Origin: Eledone cirrhosa
Taxonomy: Eukaryota
Direction of reading: 5' to 3'
Assembly: GCA_964016885.1 (NCBI GenBank)
Contig: OZ024740.1
Coordinates: 415,772,001 to 415,836,000 of the forward strand
DNA length: 64,000 nucleotides
Made by a program: the position numbers and the translations under genes
Notes under the pieces: model-generated
The model's database searches: none
Seen by the model: only the letters and a program-made list of their open reading frames with translations
Told to the model about the DNA's origin: nothing
Shown: positions 1-13,300 of the stretch, piece after piece
Layout: every line of letters starts with the position of its first letter
Numbering within the stretch: position 1 is the stretch's first letter

Positions 1-1122
1 CGATGAATCAGATATAGTGTGTAAGAGAGAACACTGTGGGTATGAACATATGTTGTGTATGGGGGATGACAGTGAATCAGATATAGTGTGTAAGAGAGAA
101 CACTGTGGGTATGGGCATATGTTGTGCATGATGGATGACAGTGAATCAGATAGAGTGTATAAAAGAGAACACTGTGGGTATGGACATATGTTGTGTATGG
201 GGGATGACAGTGAATCAGATATAGTGTGTAAGAGAGAACACTGTGGGTATGGACATATGTTGTGTATGGGGGAAGACAGTGAATCAGATATAGAGTGTAA
301 GAGAGAACATTGTGGGTATGGACATATGTTGTGTATGGGGGAAGACAGTGAATCAGATATAGTGTGTAAGAGAGAACACTGTGGGTATGGACATATGTTG
401 TGTATGGGGGAAGACAGTGAATCAGATATAGAGTGTAAGAGAGAACACTGTGGGTATGGACATATTTTGTGTATGGGGTATGACAGTGAATCAGATATAG
501 AGTGTAAGAGAGAACACTGTGGGTATGGACATATGTTGTGTATGGGGGATGACAGTGAATCAGATATAGTGTGTAAGAGAGAACACTGTGGGTATGGACA
601 TATGTTATGTATGGGGGATGACAGTGAATCAGATATAGTGTGTAAGAGAGAACACTGTGGGTATGGACATATGTTGTGTATGGGGGATGACAGTGAATCA
701 GATATAGTGTGTAAGAGAGAACACTGAGGGTATGGACATGTGTTGTGTATGTGGGATGACAGTGAATCTGATATAGTGTGTAAGAGAGAACACTGAAGGT
801 ATGGACATATGTTGTGTATGGGGGATGACAGTGAATCAGATATAGAGTGTAAGAGAGAACACTGTGGGTATGGACATATGTTGTGTATGGGGGATGACAG
901 TGAATCAGATATAGTGTGTAAGAGAGAACACTGTGGGTATGGACATATGTTGTGCATGGTGGATGACAGTGAATCAGATATAGTGTGTAAGAGAGAACAC
1001 TGTGGCTATGGACATATGTTGTGTATGGGGGAAGACAGTGAATCAGATATAGAGTGTAAGAGAGAACACTGTGGGTATGGACATATGTTGTGTATGGGGG
1101 AAGACAGTGAATCAGATATAGA

Positions 1123-4100
1123 GTGTAAGAGAGAACACTGTGGGTATGGACATATGTTGTGTATGGGGCATGACAGTGAATCAGATATAGTGTGTAAGAG
1201 AGAACACTGTGGGTATGGACATATGTTGTGTATGGGGGATGACAGTGAATCAGATACAGTGTGAAAGAGAGAACACTGTGGGTATGGACATATGTTGTGT
1301 ATGGTGGATGACAGTGAATCAGATATAGTGTGTACGAGAGAACACTGTGGGTATGGACATATGTTGAGTATGGGGGAAGACAGTGAATCAGATATAGAGT
1401 GTAAGAGAGAACACTGTGGGTATGGACATATGTTGTGTATGGGCGATGACACTGAATCAGATATAGTGTGTAAGAGAGATCACTGTGGGTATGGACATAT
1501 GTTGTGCATGGTGGATGACAGTGAATCAGATATAGTGTGTAAGAGAGAACACTGTGGGTATGGACATATGTTGTGTATGGGGGATGACAGTGAATCAGAT
1601 ATAGTGTGTAAGAGAGAACACTGTGGGTATGGACATATGTTGTGCATGATGGATGACAGTGAATCAGATATAGTGTGTAAGAGAGAACACTGTGGGTATG
1701 GACATATGTTGTGTATGGGGGAAGACAGTGAATCAGATATAGAGTGTAAGAGAGAACACTGTGGGTATGGACATATGTTGTGTATGGGGGATGACAGTGA
1801 ATCAGATATAGTGTGTAAGAGAGAACACTGTGGGTATGGACATATGTTGTGTATGGGGGATGACAGTGAATCAGATATAGTATGTAAGAGAGAACACTGT
1901 GGGTATGGACATATGTGGTGTATGGGGGATGACAGTGAATCAGATATAGTGTGTAAGAGAGAACACTGTGGGTATGGACATATGTTGTGTATGGGGGAAG
2001 ACAGTGAATCAGATATAGAGTGTAAGAGAGAACACTGTGGGTATGGACATATGTTGTGTATGGGGGAAGACAGTGAATCAGATATAGTGTGTAAGAGAGA
2101 ACACTGTGGGTATGGACATATGTTGTGTATGGGGGAAGACAGTGAATCAGATATAGAGTGTAAGAGAGAACACTGTGGGTATGGACATATGTTGTGTATG
2201 GGGGATGACAGTGAATCAGATATAGAGTGTAAGAGAGAACACTGTGGGTATGGGCATATGTTGTGTATGGGGGATGACAGTGAATCAGATATAGAGTGTA
2301 CGAGAGAACACTGTGGGTATGGACATATGTTGTGTATGGGGGATGACAGCGAATCAGATATAGTGTGTAAGAGAGAACACTGTGGGTATGGACATATGTT
2401 GTGTATGGGGGATGACAGTGAATCAGATATAGAATGTAAGAGAGAACACTGTGGGTATGGACATATGTTGTGTATGGGGGATGACAGTGAATCAGATATA
2501 GAGTGTAAGAGAGAACACTGTGGGTATGGACATATGTTGTGTATGGGGGATGACAGTGTATCAGATATAGTGTGTAAGAGAGAACACTGTGGGTATGGAC
2601 ATATGTTGTGAATGGGGGATGACAGTGAATCAGATATAGTGTGTAAGAGAGAACACTGTGGGTATGGACATATGTTGTGCATGGTGGATGACAGTGAATC
2701 AGATATAGCGTGTAAGAGAGAACACTGTGGGTATGGACATATGTTGTGTATCGGGGAAGACAGTGAATCAGATATAGAGTGTAAGAGAGAACACTGTGGG
2801 TATGGACATATGTTGTGTATGGGGGAAGAGAGTGAATCAGATATAGAGTGTAAGAGAGAACACTGTGGGTATGGACATATGTTGTGTATGGGGCATGACA
2901 GTGAATCAGATATAGTGTGTAAGAGAGAACACTGTGGGTATGGACATATGTTGTGTATGGGGGATGACAGTGAATCAGATACAGTGTGTAAGAGAGAACA
3001 CTGAGGGTATGGACATATGTTGTGTATGGGGGATGACAGTGAATCAGATATAGTGTGTAAGAGAGAACACTGAGGGTATGGACATATGTTGTGTATGGGG
3101 GATGACAGTGAATCAGATATAGAGTGTAAGAGAGAACACTGTGGGTATGGACATATGTTGTGTATGGGGGATGACAGCGAATCAGATATAGTGTGTAAGA
3201 GAGAACACTGTGGGTATGGACATATGTTGTGTATGGGGGATGACAGTGAATCAGATATAGAATGTAAGAGAGAACACTGTGGGTATGGACATATGTTGTG
3301 TATGGGGGCTGACAGTGAATCAGATATAGAGTGTAAGAGTGAACACTGTGGGTATGGACATATGTTGTGTATGGGGGATGACAGTGTATCAGATATAGTG
3401 TGTAAGAGAGAACACTGTGGGTATGGACATATGTTGTGTATGGTGGATGACAGTGAATCAGATATAGTGTGTAAGAGAGAACACTGTGGGTATGGACATA
3501 TGTTGTGCATGGTGGATGACAGTGAATCAGATATAGCGTGTAAGAGAGAACACTGTGGGTATGGACATATGTTGTGTATGGGGGAAGACAGTGAATCAGA
3601 TATAGAGTGTAAGAGAGAACACTGTGGGTATGGACATATGTTGTGTATGGGGGAAGAGAGTGAATCAGATATAGAGTGTAAGAGAGAACACTGTGGGTAT
3701 GGACATATGTTGTTTATGGGGCATGACAGTGAATCAGATATAGTGTGTAAGAGAGAACACTGTGGGTATGGCCATATATTGGTATGGGGGATGACAGTGA
3801 ATCAGATACAGTGTGTAAGAGAGAATACTGTGGGTATGGACATATGTTGTGTATGGGAGATGACAGTGAATCAGATATAGTGTGTAAGAGAGAACACTGT
3901 GGGTATGGACATATGTTGTTTATGGGGGATGACAGTGAATCAGATATAGTGTGTAAGAGAGAACACTGTGGGTATAGACATATGTTGTGTATGGGGGATG
4001 ACATCAGATATAGTGTGTAAGAGAGAACAGTGTGGGTATGGACATATGTTGTGTATGGGGGATGACAGTGAATCAGATATAGTGTGTAAGAGAGAACACT

Positions 4101-7100
4101 GTGGGTATGGACATATGTTGTGTATGGGGGATGACAGTGAATCAGATATAGTGTGTAAGAGAGAACACTGTGGGTATGGACATATGTTGTTTATGGGGGA
4201 TGACAGTGAATCAGATATAGTGTGTAAGAGATAACACTGTGGTTATGGACATATGTTGTGTATGGGGGAAGACAGTGAATCATATATAGAGTGTAAGAGA
4301 GAACACTGTGGGTATGGACATATGTTGTGTATGGGGGATGACAGTGAATCAGATATAGTATGTAAGAGAGAATACTGTGGGTATGGACATATGTTGTGTA
4401 TGGGGGATGACAGTGAATCAGATATAGTGTGTAAGAGAGAACACTGTGGGTATGGACATATGTTGTGTATGGTGGTTGACAGTGAATCAGATATAGTGTG
4501 TAAGAGAGAACACTGTGGGTATGGACATATGTTGTGTATGGAGGATGACAGTGAATCAGATATAGTGTGTAAGAGACAACACTGTGGGTATGGACATATG
4601 TTGTGTATGGTGATTGACAGTGAATCAGATATAGTGTGTAAGAGAGAACACTGTGGCTATGGACATATGTTGTGTAAGGTGGTTGACAGTGAATCAGATA
4701 TAGTGTGTAAGAGAGAACACTGTGGGTATGGACATATGTTGTGCCTGGTGGATGACAGTGAATCAGATATAGTGTGTAAGAGAGAACACTGTGGGTATGG
4801 ACATATGTTGTGCATGGTGGATGACAGTGAATCAGATATAGTGTGTAAGAGAGAACACTGTGGGTATGGACATATGTTGTGTATGGGGGATGACAGTGAA
4901 TCAGATATGGTGTGTAAGAGAGAACACTGTGGGTATGGACATATGTTGTGCATGATGGATGACAGTCAATCAGATATAATGTGTAAGAGAGAACACTGTG
5001 GGTATGGACATATGTTGTGTATGGGGGAAGACAGTGAATCAGATATAGAGTGTAAGAGAGAACACTGTGGGTATGGACATATGTTGTGTATGGGGGATGA
5101 CAGTGAATCAGATATAGTGTGTAAGAGAGAACACTGTGGGTATGGACATATGTTGTGTATGGGGGATGACAGTGAATCAGATATAGTGTGTAAGAGAGAA
5201 CACTGTGGGTATGGACATATGTGGTGTATGGAGGATGACAGTGAATCAGATATAGTGTGTAAGAGAGAACACTGTGGGTATGGACATATGTTGTGTATGG
5301 GGGAAGACAGTGAATCAGATATAGAGTTTAAGAGAGAACACTGTGGGTATGGACATATGTTGTGTATGGGGGAAGACAGTGAATCAGATATAGTGTGTAA
5401 GAGAGAACACTGTGGGTATGGACATATGTTGTGTATGGGGGAAGACAGTGAATCAGATATAGAGTGTAAGAGAGAACACTGTGGGTATGGACATATGTTG
5501 TGTATGGGGGATGACAGTGAATCAAATATAGAGTGTAAGAGAGAACACTGTGGGTATGGACATATGTTGTGTATGGGGGATGACAGTGAATCAGATATAG
5601 TGTGTAAGAGAGAACACTGAGGGTATGGACATATGTTGTGTATGGGGGATGACAGTGAATCAGATATAGTGTGTAAGAGAGAAGACTGAGGGTATGGACA
5701 TATTTTGTGTATGGGGGATGACAGTGAATCAGATATAGAGTGTAAGAGAGAACACTGTGGGTATGGACATATGTTGTGTATGGGGGATGACAGCGAATCA
5801 GATATAGTGTGTAAGAGAGAACACTGTGGGTATGGACATATGTTGTGTATGGGGGATGACAGTGAATCAGATATAGAATGTAAGAGAGAACACTGTGGGT
5901 ATGGACATATGTTGTGTATGGGGGATGACAGTGAATCAGATATAGAGTGTAAGAGAGAACACTGTGGGTATGGACATATGTTGTGTATGGGGGATGACAG
6001 TGTATCAGATATAGTGTGTAAGAGAGAACACTGTGGGTATGGACATATGTTGTGTATGGGGGATGACAGTGAATCAGATATAGTGTGTAAGAGAGAACAC
6101 TGTGGGTATGGACATATGTTGTGCATGGTGGATGACAGTGAATCAGATATAGCGTGTAAGAGAGCACACCGTGGGTATGGACATATGTTGTGTACGGGGG
6201 AAGACAGTGAATCAGATATAGAGTGTAAGAGAGAACACTGTGGGTATGGACATATGTTGTGTATGGGGGAAGAGAGTGAATCAGATATAGAGTGTAAGAG
6301 AGAACACTGTGGGTATGGACATATGTTGTGTATGGGGCATGACAGTGAATCAGATATAGTGTGTAAGAGAGAACACTGTGGGTATGGACATATGTTGTGT
6401 ATGGGGGATGACAGTGAATCAGATACAGTGTGTAAGAGAGAACACTGAGGGTATGGACATATGTTGTGTATGGGGGATGACAGTGAATCAGATATAGAGT
6501 GTAAGAGAGAACTCTGTGGGTATGGACATATGTTGTGTATGGGGGATGACAGCGAATCAGATATAGTGTGTAAGAGAGAACACTGTGGGTATGGACATAT
6601 GTTGTGTATGGGGGATGACAGTGAATCAGATATAGAATGTAAGAGAGAACACTGTGGGTATGGACATATGTTGTGTATGGGGGATGACAGTGAATCAGAT
6701 ATAGAGTGTAAGAGAGAACACTGTGGGTATGGACATATGTTGTGTATGGGGGATGACAGTGTATCAGATATAGTGTGTAAGAGACAACACTGTGGGTATG
6801 GACATATGTTGTGTATGGTGATTGACAGTGAATCATATATAGTGTGTAAGAGAGAACACTGTGGCTATGGACATATGTTGTGTAAGGTGGTTGACAGTGA
6901 ATCCAATATAGTGTGTAAGAGAGAACACTGTGGGTATGGACATATGTTGTGCCTGGTGGATGACAGTGAATCAGATATAGTGTGTAAGAGAGAACACTGT
7001 GGGTATGGACATATGTTGTGTAAGGGGGAAGACAGTGAATCAGATATAGAGTGTATGAGAGAACACTGTGGGTATGGACATATGTTGTGTATGGGGGAAG

Positions 7101-10100
7101 ACAGTGAATCAGATATAGAGTGTAAGAGAGAACACTGTAGGTATGGACATATGTTGTGTATGGGGCATGGCAGTGAATCAGATATAGTGTGTAAGAGAGA
7201 ACACTGTGGGTATGGACATATGTTGTGTATGGGGCATGACAGTGAATCAGATATAGTGTGTAAGAGAGAACACTGTGGGTATGGACATATGTTGTGTATG
7301 GGGGATGACAGTGAATCAGATACAGTGTGAAAGAGAGAACACTGTGGGTATGGACATATGTTGTGTATGGTGGATGACAGTGAATCAGATATAGTGTGTA
7401 CGAGAGAACACTGTGGGTATGGACATATGTTGAGTATGGGGGAAGACAGTGAATCAGATATAGAGTGTAAGAGAGAACACTGTGGGTATGGACATATGTT
7501 GTGTATGGGCGATGACACTGAATCAGATATAGTGTGTAAGAGAGATCACTGTGGGTATGGACATATGTTGTGCATGGTGGATGACAGTGAATCAGATATA
7601 GTGTGTAAGAGAGAACACTGTGGGTATGGACATATGTTGTGTATGGGGGATGACAGTGAATCAGATATAGTGTGTAAGAGAGAACACTGTGGGTATGGAC
7701 ATATGTTGTGCATGATGGATGACAGTGAATCAGATATAGTGTGTAAGAGAGAACACTGTGGGTATGGACATATGTTGTGTATGGGGGAAGACAGTGAATC
7801 AGATATAGAGTGTAAGAGAGAACACTGTGGGTATGGACATATGTTGTGTATGGGGGATGACAGTGAATCAGATATAGTGTGTAAGAGAGAACACTGTGGG
7901 TATGGACATATGTTGTGTATGGGGGATGACAGTGAATCAGATATAGTATGTAAGAGAGAACACTGTGGGTATGGACATATGTGGTGTATGGGGGATGACA
8001 GTGAATCAGATATAGTGTGTAAGAGAGAACACTGTGGGTATGGACATATGTTGTGTATGGGGGAAGACAGTGAATCAGATATAGAGTGTAAGAGAGAACA
8101 CTGTGGGTATGGACATATGTTGTGTATGGGGGAAGACAGTGAATCAGATATAGTGTGTAAGAGAGAACACTGTGGGTATGGACATATGTTGTGTATGGGG
8201 GAAGACAGTGAATCAGATATAGAGTGTAAGAGAGAACACTGTGGGTATGGACATATGTTGTGTATGGGGGATGACAGTGAATCAGATATAGAGTGTAAGA
8301 GAGAACACTGTGGGTATGGGCATATGTTGTGTATGGGGGATGACAGTGAATCAGATATAGAGTGTACGAGAGAACACTGTGGGTATGGACATATGTTGTG
8401 TATGGGGGATGACAGCGAATCAGATATAGTGTGTAAGAGAGAACACTGTGGGTATGGACATATGTTGTGTATGGGGGATGACAGTGAATCAGATATAGAA
8501 TGTAAGAGAGAACACTGTGGGTATGGACATATGTTGTGTATGGGGGATGACAGTGAATCAGATATAGAGTGTAAGAGAGAACACTGTGGGTATGGACATA
8601 TGTTGTGTATGGGGGATGACAGTGTATCAGATATAGTGTGTAAGAGAGAACACTGTGGGTATGGACATATGTTGTGAATGGGGGATGACAGTGAATCAGA
8701 TATAGTGTGTAAGAGAGAACACTGTGGGTATGGACATATGTTGTGCATGGTGGATGACAGTGAATCAGATATAGCGTGTAAGAGAGAACACTGTGGGTAT
8801 GGACATATGTTGTGTATCGGGGAAGACAGTGAATCAGATATAGAGTGTAAGAGAGAACACTGTGGGTATGGACATATGTTGTGTATGGGGGAAGAGAGTG
8901 AATCAGATATAGAGTGTAAGAGAGAACACTGTGGGTATGGACATATGTTGTGTATGGGGCATGACAGTGAATCAGATATAGTGTGTAAGAGAGAACACTG
9001 TGGGTATGGACATATGTTGTGTATGGGGGATGACAGTGAATCAGATACAGTGTGTAAGAGAGAACACTGAGGGTATGGACATATGTTGTGTATGGGGGAT
9101 GACAGTGAATCAGATATAGTGTGTAAGAGAGAACACTGAGGGTATGGACATATGTTGTGTATGGGGGATGACAGTGAATCAGATATAGAGTGTAAGAGAG
9201 AACACTGTGGGTATGGACATATGTTGTGTATGGGGGATGACAGCGAATCAGATATAGTGTGTAAGAGAGAACACTGTGGGTATGGACATATGTTGTGTAT
9301 GGGGGATGACAGTGAATCAGATATAGAATGTAAGAGAGAACACTGTGGGTATGGACATATGTTGTGTATGGGGGCTGACAGTGAATCAGATATAGAGTGT
9401 AAGAGTGAACACTGTGGGTATGGACATATGTTGTGTATGGGGGATGACAGTGTATCAGATATAGTGTGTAAGAGAGAACACTGTGGGTATGGACATATGT
9501 TGTGTATGGTGGATGACAGTGAATCAGATATAGTGTGTAAGAGAGAACACTGTGGGTATGGACATATGTTGTGCATGGTGGATGACAGTGAATCAGATAT
9601 AGCGTGTAAGAGAGAACACTGTGGGTATGGACATATGTTGTGTATGGGGGAAGACAGTGAATCAGATATAGAGTGTAAGAGAGAACACTGTGGGTATGGA
9701 CATATGTTGTGTATGGGGGAAGAGAGTGAATCAGATATAGAGTGTAAGAGAGAACACTGTGGGTATGGACATATGTTGTTTATGGGGCATGACAGTGAAT
9801 CAGATATAGTGTGTAAGAGAGAACACTGTGGGTATGGCCATATATTGGTATGGGGGATGACAGTGAATCAGATACAGTGTGTAAGAGAGAATACTGTGGG
9901 TATGGACATATGTTGTGTATGGGAGATGACAGTGAATCAGATATAGTGTGTAAGAGAGAACACTGTGGGTATGGACATATGTTGTTTATGGGGGATGACA
10001 GTGAATCAGATATAGTGTGTAAGAGAGAACACTGTGGGTATAGACATATGTTGTGTATGGGGGATGACATCAGATATAGTGTGTAAGAGAGAACAGTGTG

Positions 10101-13100
10101 GGTATGGACATATGTTGTGTATGGGGGATGACAGTGAATCAGATATAGTGTGTAAGAGAGAACACTGTGGGTATGGACATATGTTGTGTATGGGGGATGA
10201 CAGTGAATCAGATATAGTGTGTAAGAGAGAACACTGTGGGTATGGACATATGTTGTTTATGGGGGATGACAGTGAATCAGATATAGTGTGTAAGAGATAA
10301 CACTGTGGTTATGGACATATGTTGTGTATGGGGGAAGACAGTGAATCATATATAGAGTGTAAGAGAGAACACTGTGGGTATGGACATATGTTGTGTATGG
10401 GGGATGACAGTGAATCAGATATAGTATGTAAGAGAGAATACTGTGGGTATGGACATATGTTGTGTATGGGGGATGACAGTGAATCAGATATAGTGTGTAA
10501 GAGAGAACACTGTGGGTATGGACATATGTTGTGTATGGTGGTTGACAGTGAATCAGATATAGTGTGTAAGAGAGAACACTGTGGGTATGGACATATGTTG
10601 TGTATGGAGGATGACAGTGAATCAGATATAGTGTGTAAGAGACAACACTGTGGGTATGGACATATGTTGTGTATGGTGATTGACAGTGAATCAGATATAG
10701 TGTGTAAGAGAGAACACTGTGGCTATGGACATATGTTGTGTAAGGTGGTTGACAGTGAATCAGATATAGTGTGTAAGAGAGAACACTGTGGGTATGGACA
10801 TATGTTGTGCCTGGTGGATGACAGTGAATCAGATATAGTGTGTAAGAGAGAACACTGTGGGTATGGACATATGTTGTGCATGGTGGATGACAGTGAATCA
10901 GATATAGTGTGTAAGAGAGAACACTGTGGGTATGGACATATGTTGTGTATGGGGGATGACAGTGAATCAGATATGGTGTGTAAGAGAGAACACTGTGGGT
11001 ATGGACATATGTTGTGCATGATGGATGACAGTCAATCAGATATAATGTGTAAGAGAGAACACTGTGGGTATGGACATATGTTGTGTATGGGGGAAGACAG
11101 TGAATCAGATATAGAGTGTAAGAGAGAACACTGTGGGTATGGACATATGTTGTGTATGGGGGATGACAGTGAATCAGATATAGTGTGTAAGAGAGAACAC
11201 TGTGGGTATGGACATATGTTGTGTATGGGGGATGACAGTGAATCAGATATAGTGTGTAAGAGAGAACACTGTGGGTATGGACATATGTGGTGTATGGAGG
11301 ATGACAGTGAATCAGATATAGTGTGTAAGAGAGAACACTGTGGGTATGGACATATGTTGTGTATGGGGGAAGACAGTGAATCAGATATAGAGTTTAAGAG
11401 AGAACACTGTGGGTATGGACATATGTTGTGTATGGGGGAAGACAGTGAATCAGATATAGTGTGTAAGAGAGAACACTGTGGGTATGGACATATGTTGTGT
11501 ATGGGGGAAGACAGTGAATCAGATATAGAGTGTAAGAGAGAACACTGTGGGTATGGACATATGTTGTGTATGGGGGATGACAGTGAATCAAATATAGAGT
11601 GTAAGAGAGAACACTGTGGGTATGGACATATGTTGTGTATGGGGGATGACAGTGAATCAGATATAGTGTGTAAGAGAGAACACTGAGGGTATGGACATAT
11701 GTTGTGTATGGGGGATGACAGTGAATCAGATATAGTGTGTAAGAGAGAAGACTGAGGGTATGGACATATTTTGTGTATGGGGGATGACAGTGAATCAGAT
11801 ATAGAGTGTAAGAGAGAACACTGTGGGTATGGACATATGTTGTGTATGGGGGATGACAGCGAATCAGATATAGTGTGTAAGAGAGAACACTGTGGGTATG
11901 GACATATGTTGTGTATGGGGGATGACAGTGAATCAGATATAGAATGTAAGAGAGAACACTGTGGGTATGGACATATGTTGTGTATGGGGGATGACAGTGA
12001 ATCAGATATAGAGTGTAAGAGAGAACACTGTGGGTATGGACATATGTTGTGTATGGGGGATGACAGTGTATCAGATATAGTGTGTAAGAGAGAACACTGT
12101 GGGTATGGACATATGTTGTGTATGGGGGATGACAGTGAATCAGATATAGTGTGTAAGAGAGAACACTGTGGGTATGGACATATGTTGTGCATGGTGGATG
12201 ACAGTGAATCAGATATAGCGTGTAAGAGAGCACACCGTGGGTATGGACATATGTTGTGTACGGGGGAAGACAGTGAATCAGATATAGAGTGTAAGAGAGA
12301 ACACTGTGGGTATGGACATATGTTGTGTATGGGGGAAGAGAGTGAATCAGATATAGAGTGTAAGAGAGAACACTGTGGGTATGGACATATGTTGTGTATG
12401 GGGCATGACAGTGAATCAGATATAGTGTGTAAGAGAGAACACTGTGGGTATGGACATATGTTGTGTATGGGGGATGACAGTGAATCAGATACAGTGTGTA
12501 AGAGAGAACACTGAGGGTATGGACATATGTTGTGTATGGGGGATGACAGTGAATCAGATATAGAGTGTAAGAGAGAACTCTGTGGGTATGGACATATGTT
12601 GTGTATGGGGGATGACAGCGAATCAGATATAGTGTGTAAGAGAGAACACTGTGGGTATGGACATATGTTGTGTATGGGGGATGACAGTGAATCAGATATA
12701 GAATGTAAGAGAGAACACTGTGGGTATGGACATATGTTGTGTATGGGGGATGACAGTGAATCAGATATAGAGTGTAAGAGAGAACACTGTGGGTATGGAC
12801 ATATGTTGTGTATGGGGGATGACAGTGTATCAGATATAGTGTGTAAGAGACAACACTGTGGGTATGGACATATGTTGTGTATGGTGATTGACAGTGAATC
12901 ATATATAGTGTGTAAGAGAGAACACTGTGGCTATGGACATATGTTGTGTAAGGTGGTTGACAGTGAATCCAATATAGTGTGTAAGAGAGAACACTGTGGG
13001 TATGGACATATGTTGTGCCTGGTGGATGACAGTGAATCAGATATAGTGTGTAAGAGAGAACACTGTGGGTATGGACATATGTTGTGTAAGGGGGAAGACA

Positions 13101-13300
13101 GTGAATCAGATATAGAGTGTATGAGAGAACACTGTGGGTATGGACATATGTTGTGTATGGGGGAAGACAGTGAATCAGATATAGAGTGTAAGAGAGAACA
13201 CTGTAGGTATGGACATATGTTGTGTATGGGGCATGGCAGTGAATCAGATATAGTGTGTAAGAGAGAACACTGTGGGTATGGACATATGTTGTGTATGGGG
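1123..13300 (+). repeat. Higher-order tandem duplication, period 6066 bp (88 monomers minus 6 bp), two copies
   Basis: Identical ORF translations are offset by exactly 6066 (1292/7358, 2612/8678, 3086/9152, 4253/10319, 5705/11771). Both copies carry the same 1-bp and 5-bp deletions and the same rare SNPs. The copies differ at 1122 vs 7188 and at 7235 vs 13301. Confidence 0.93.
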
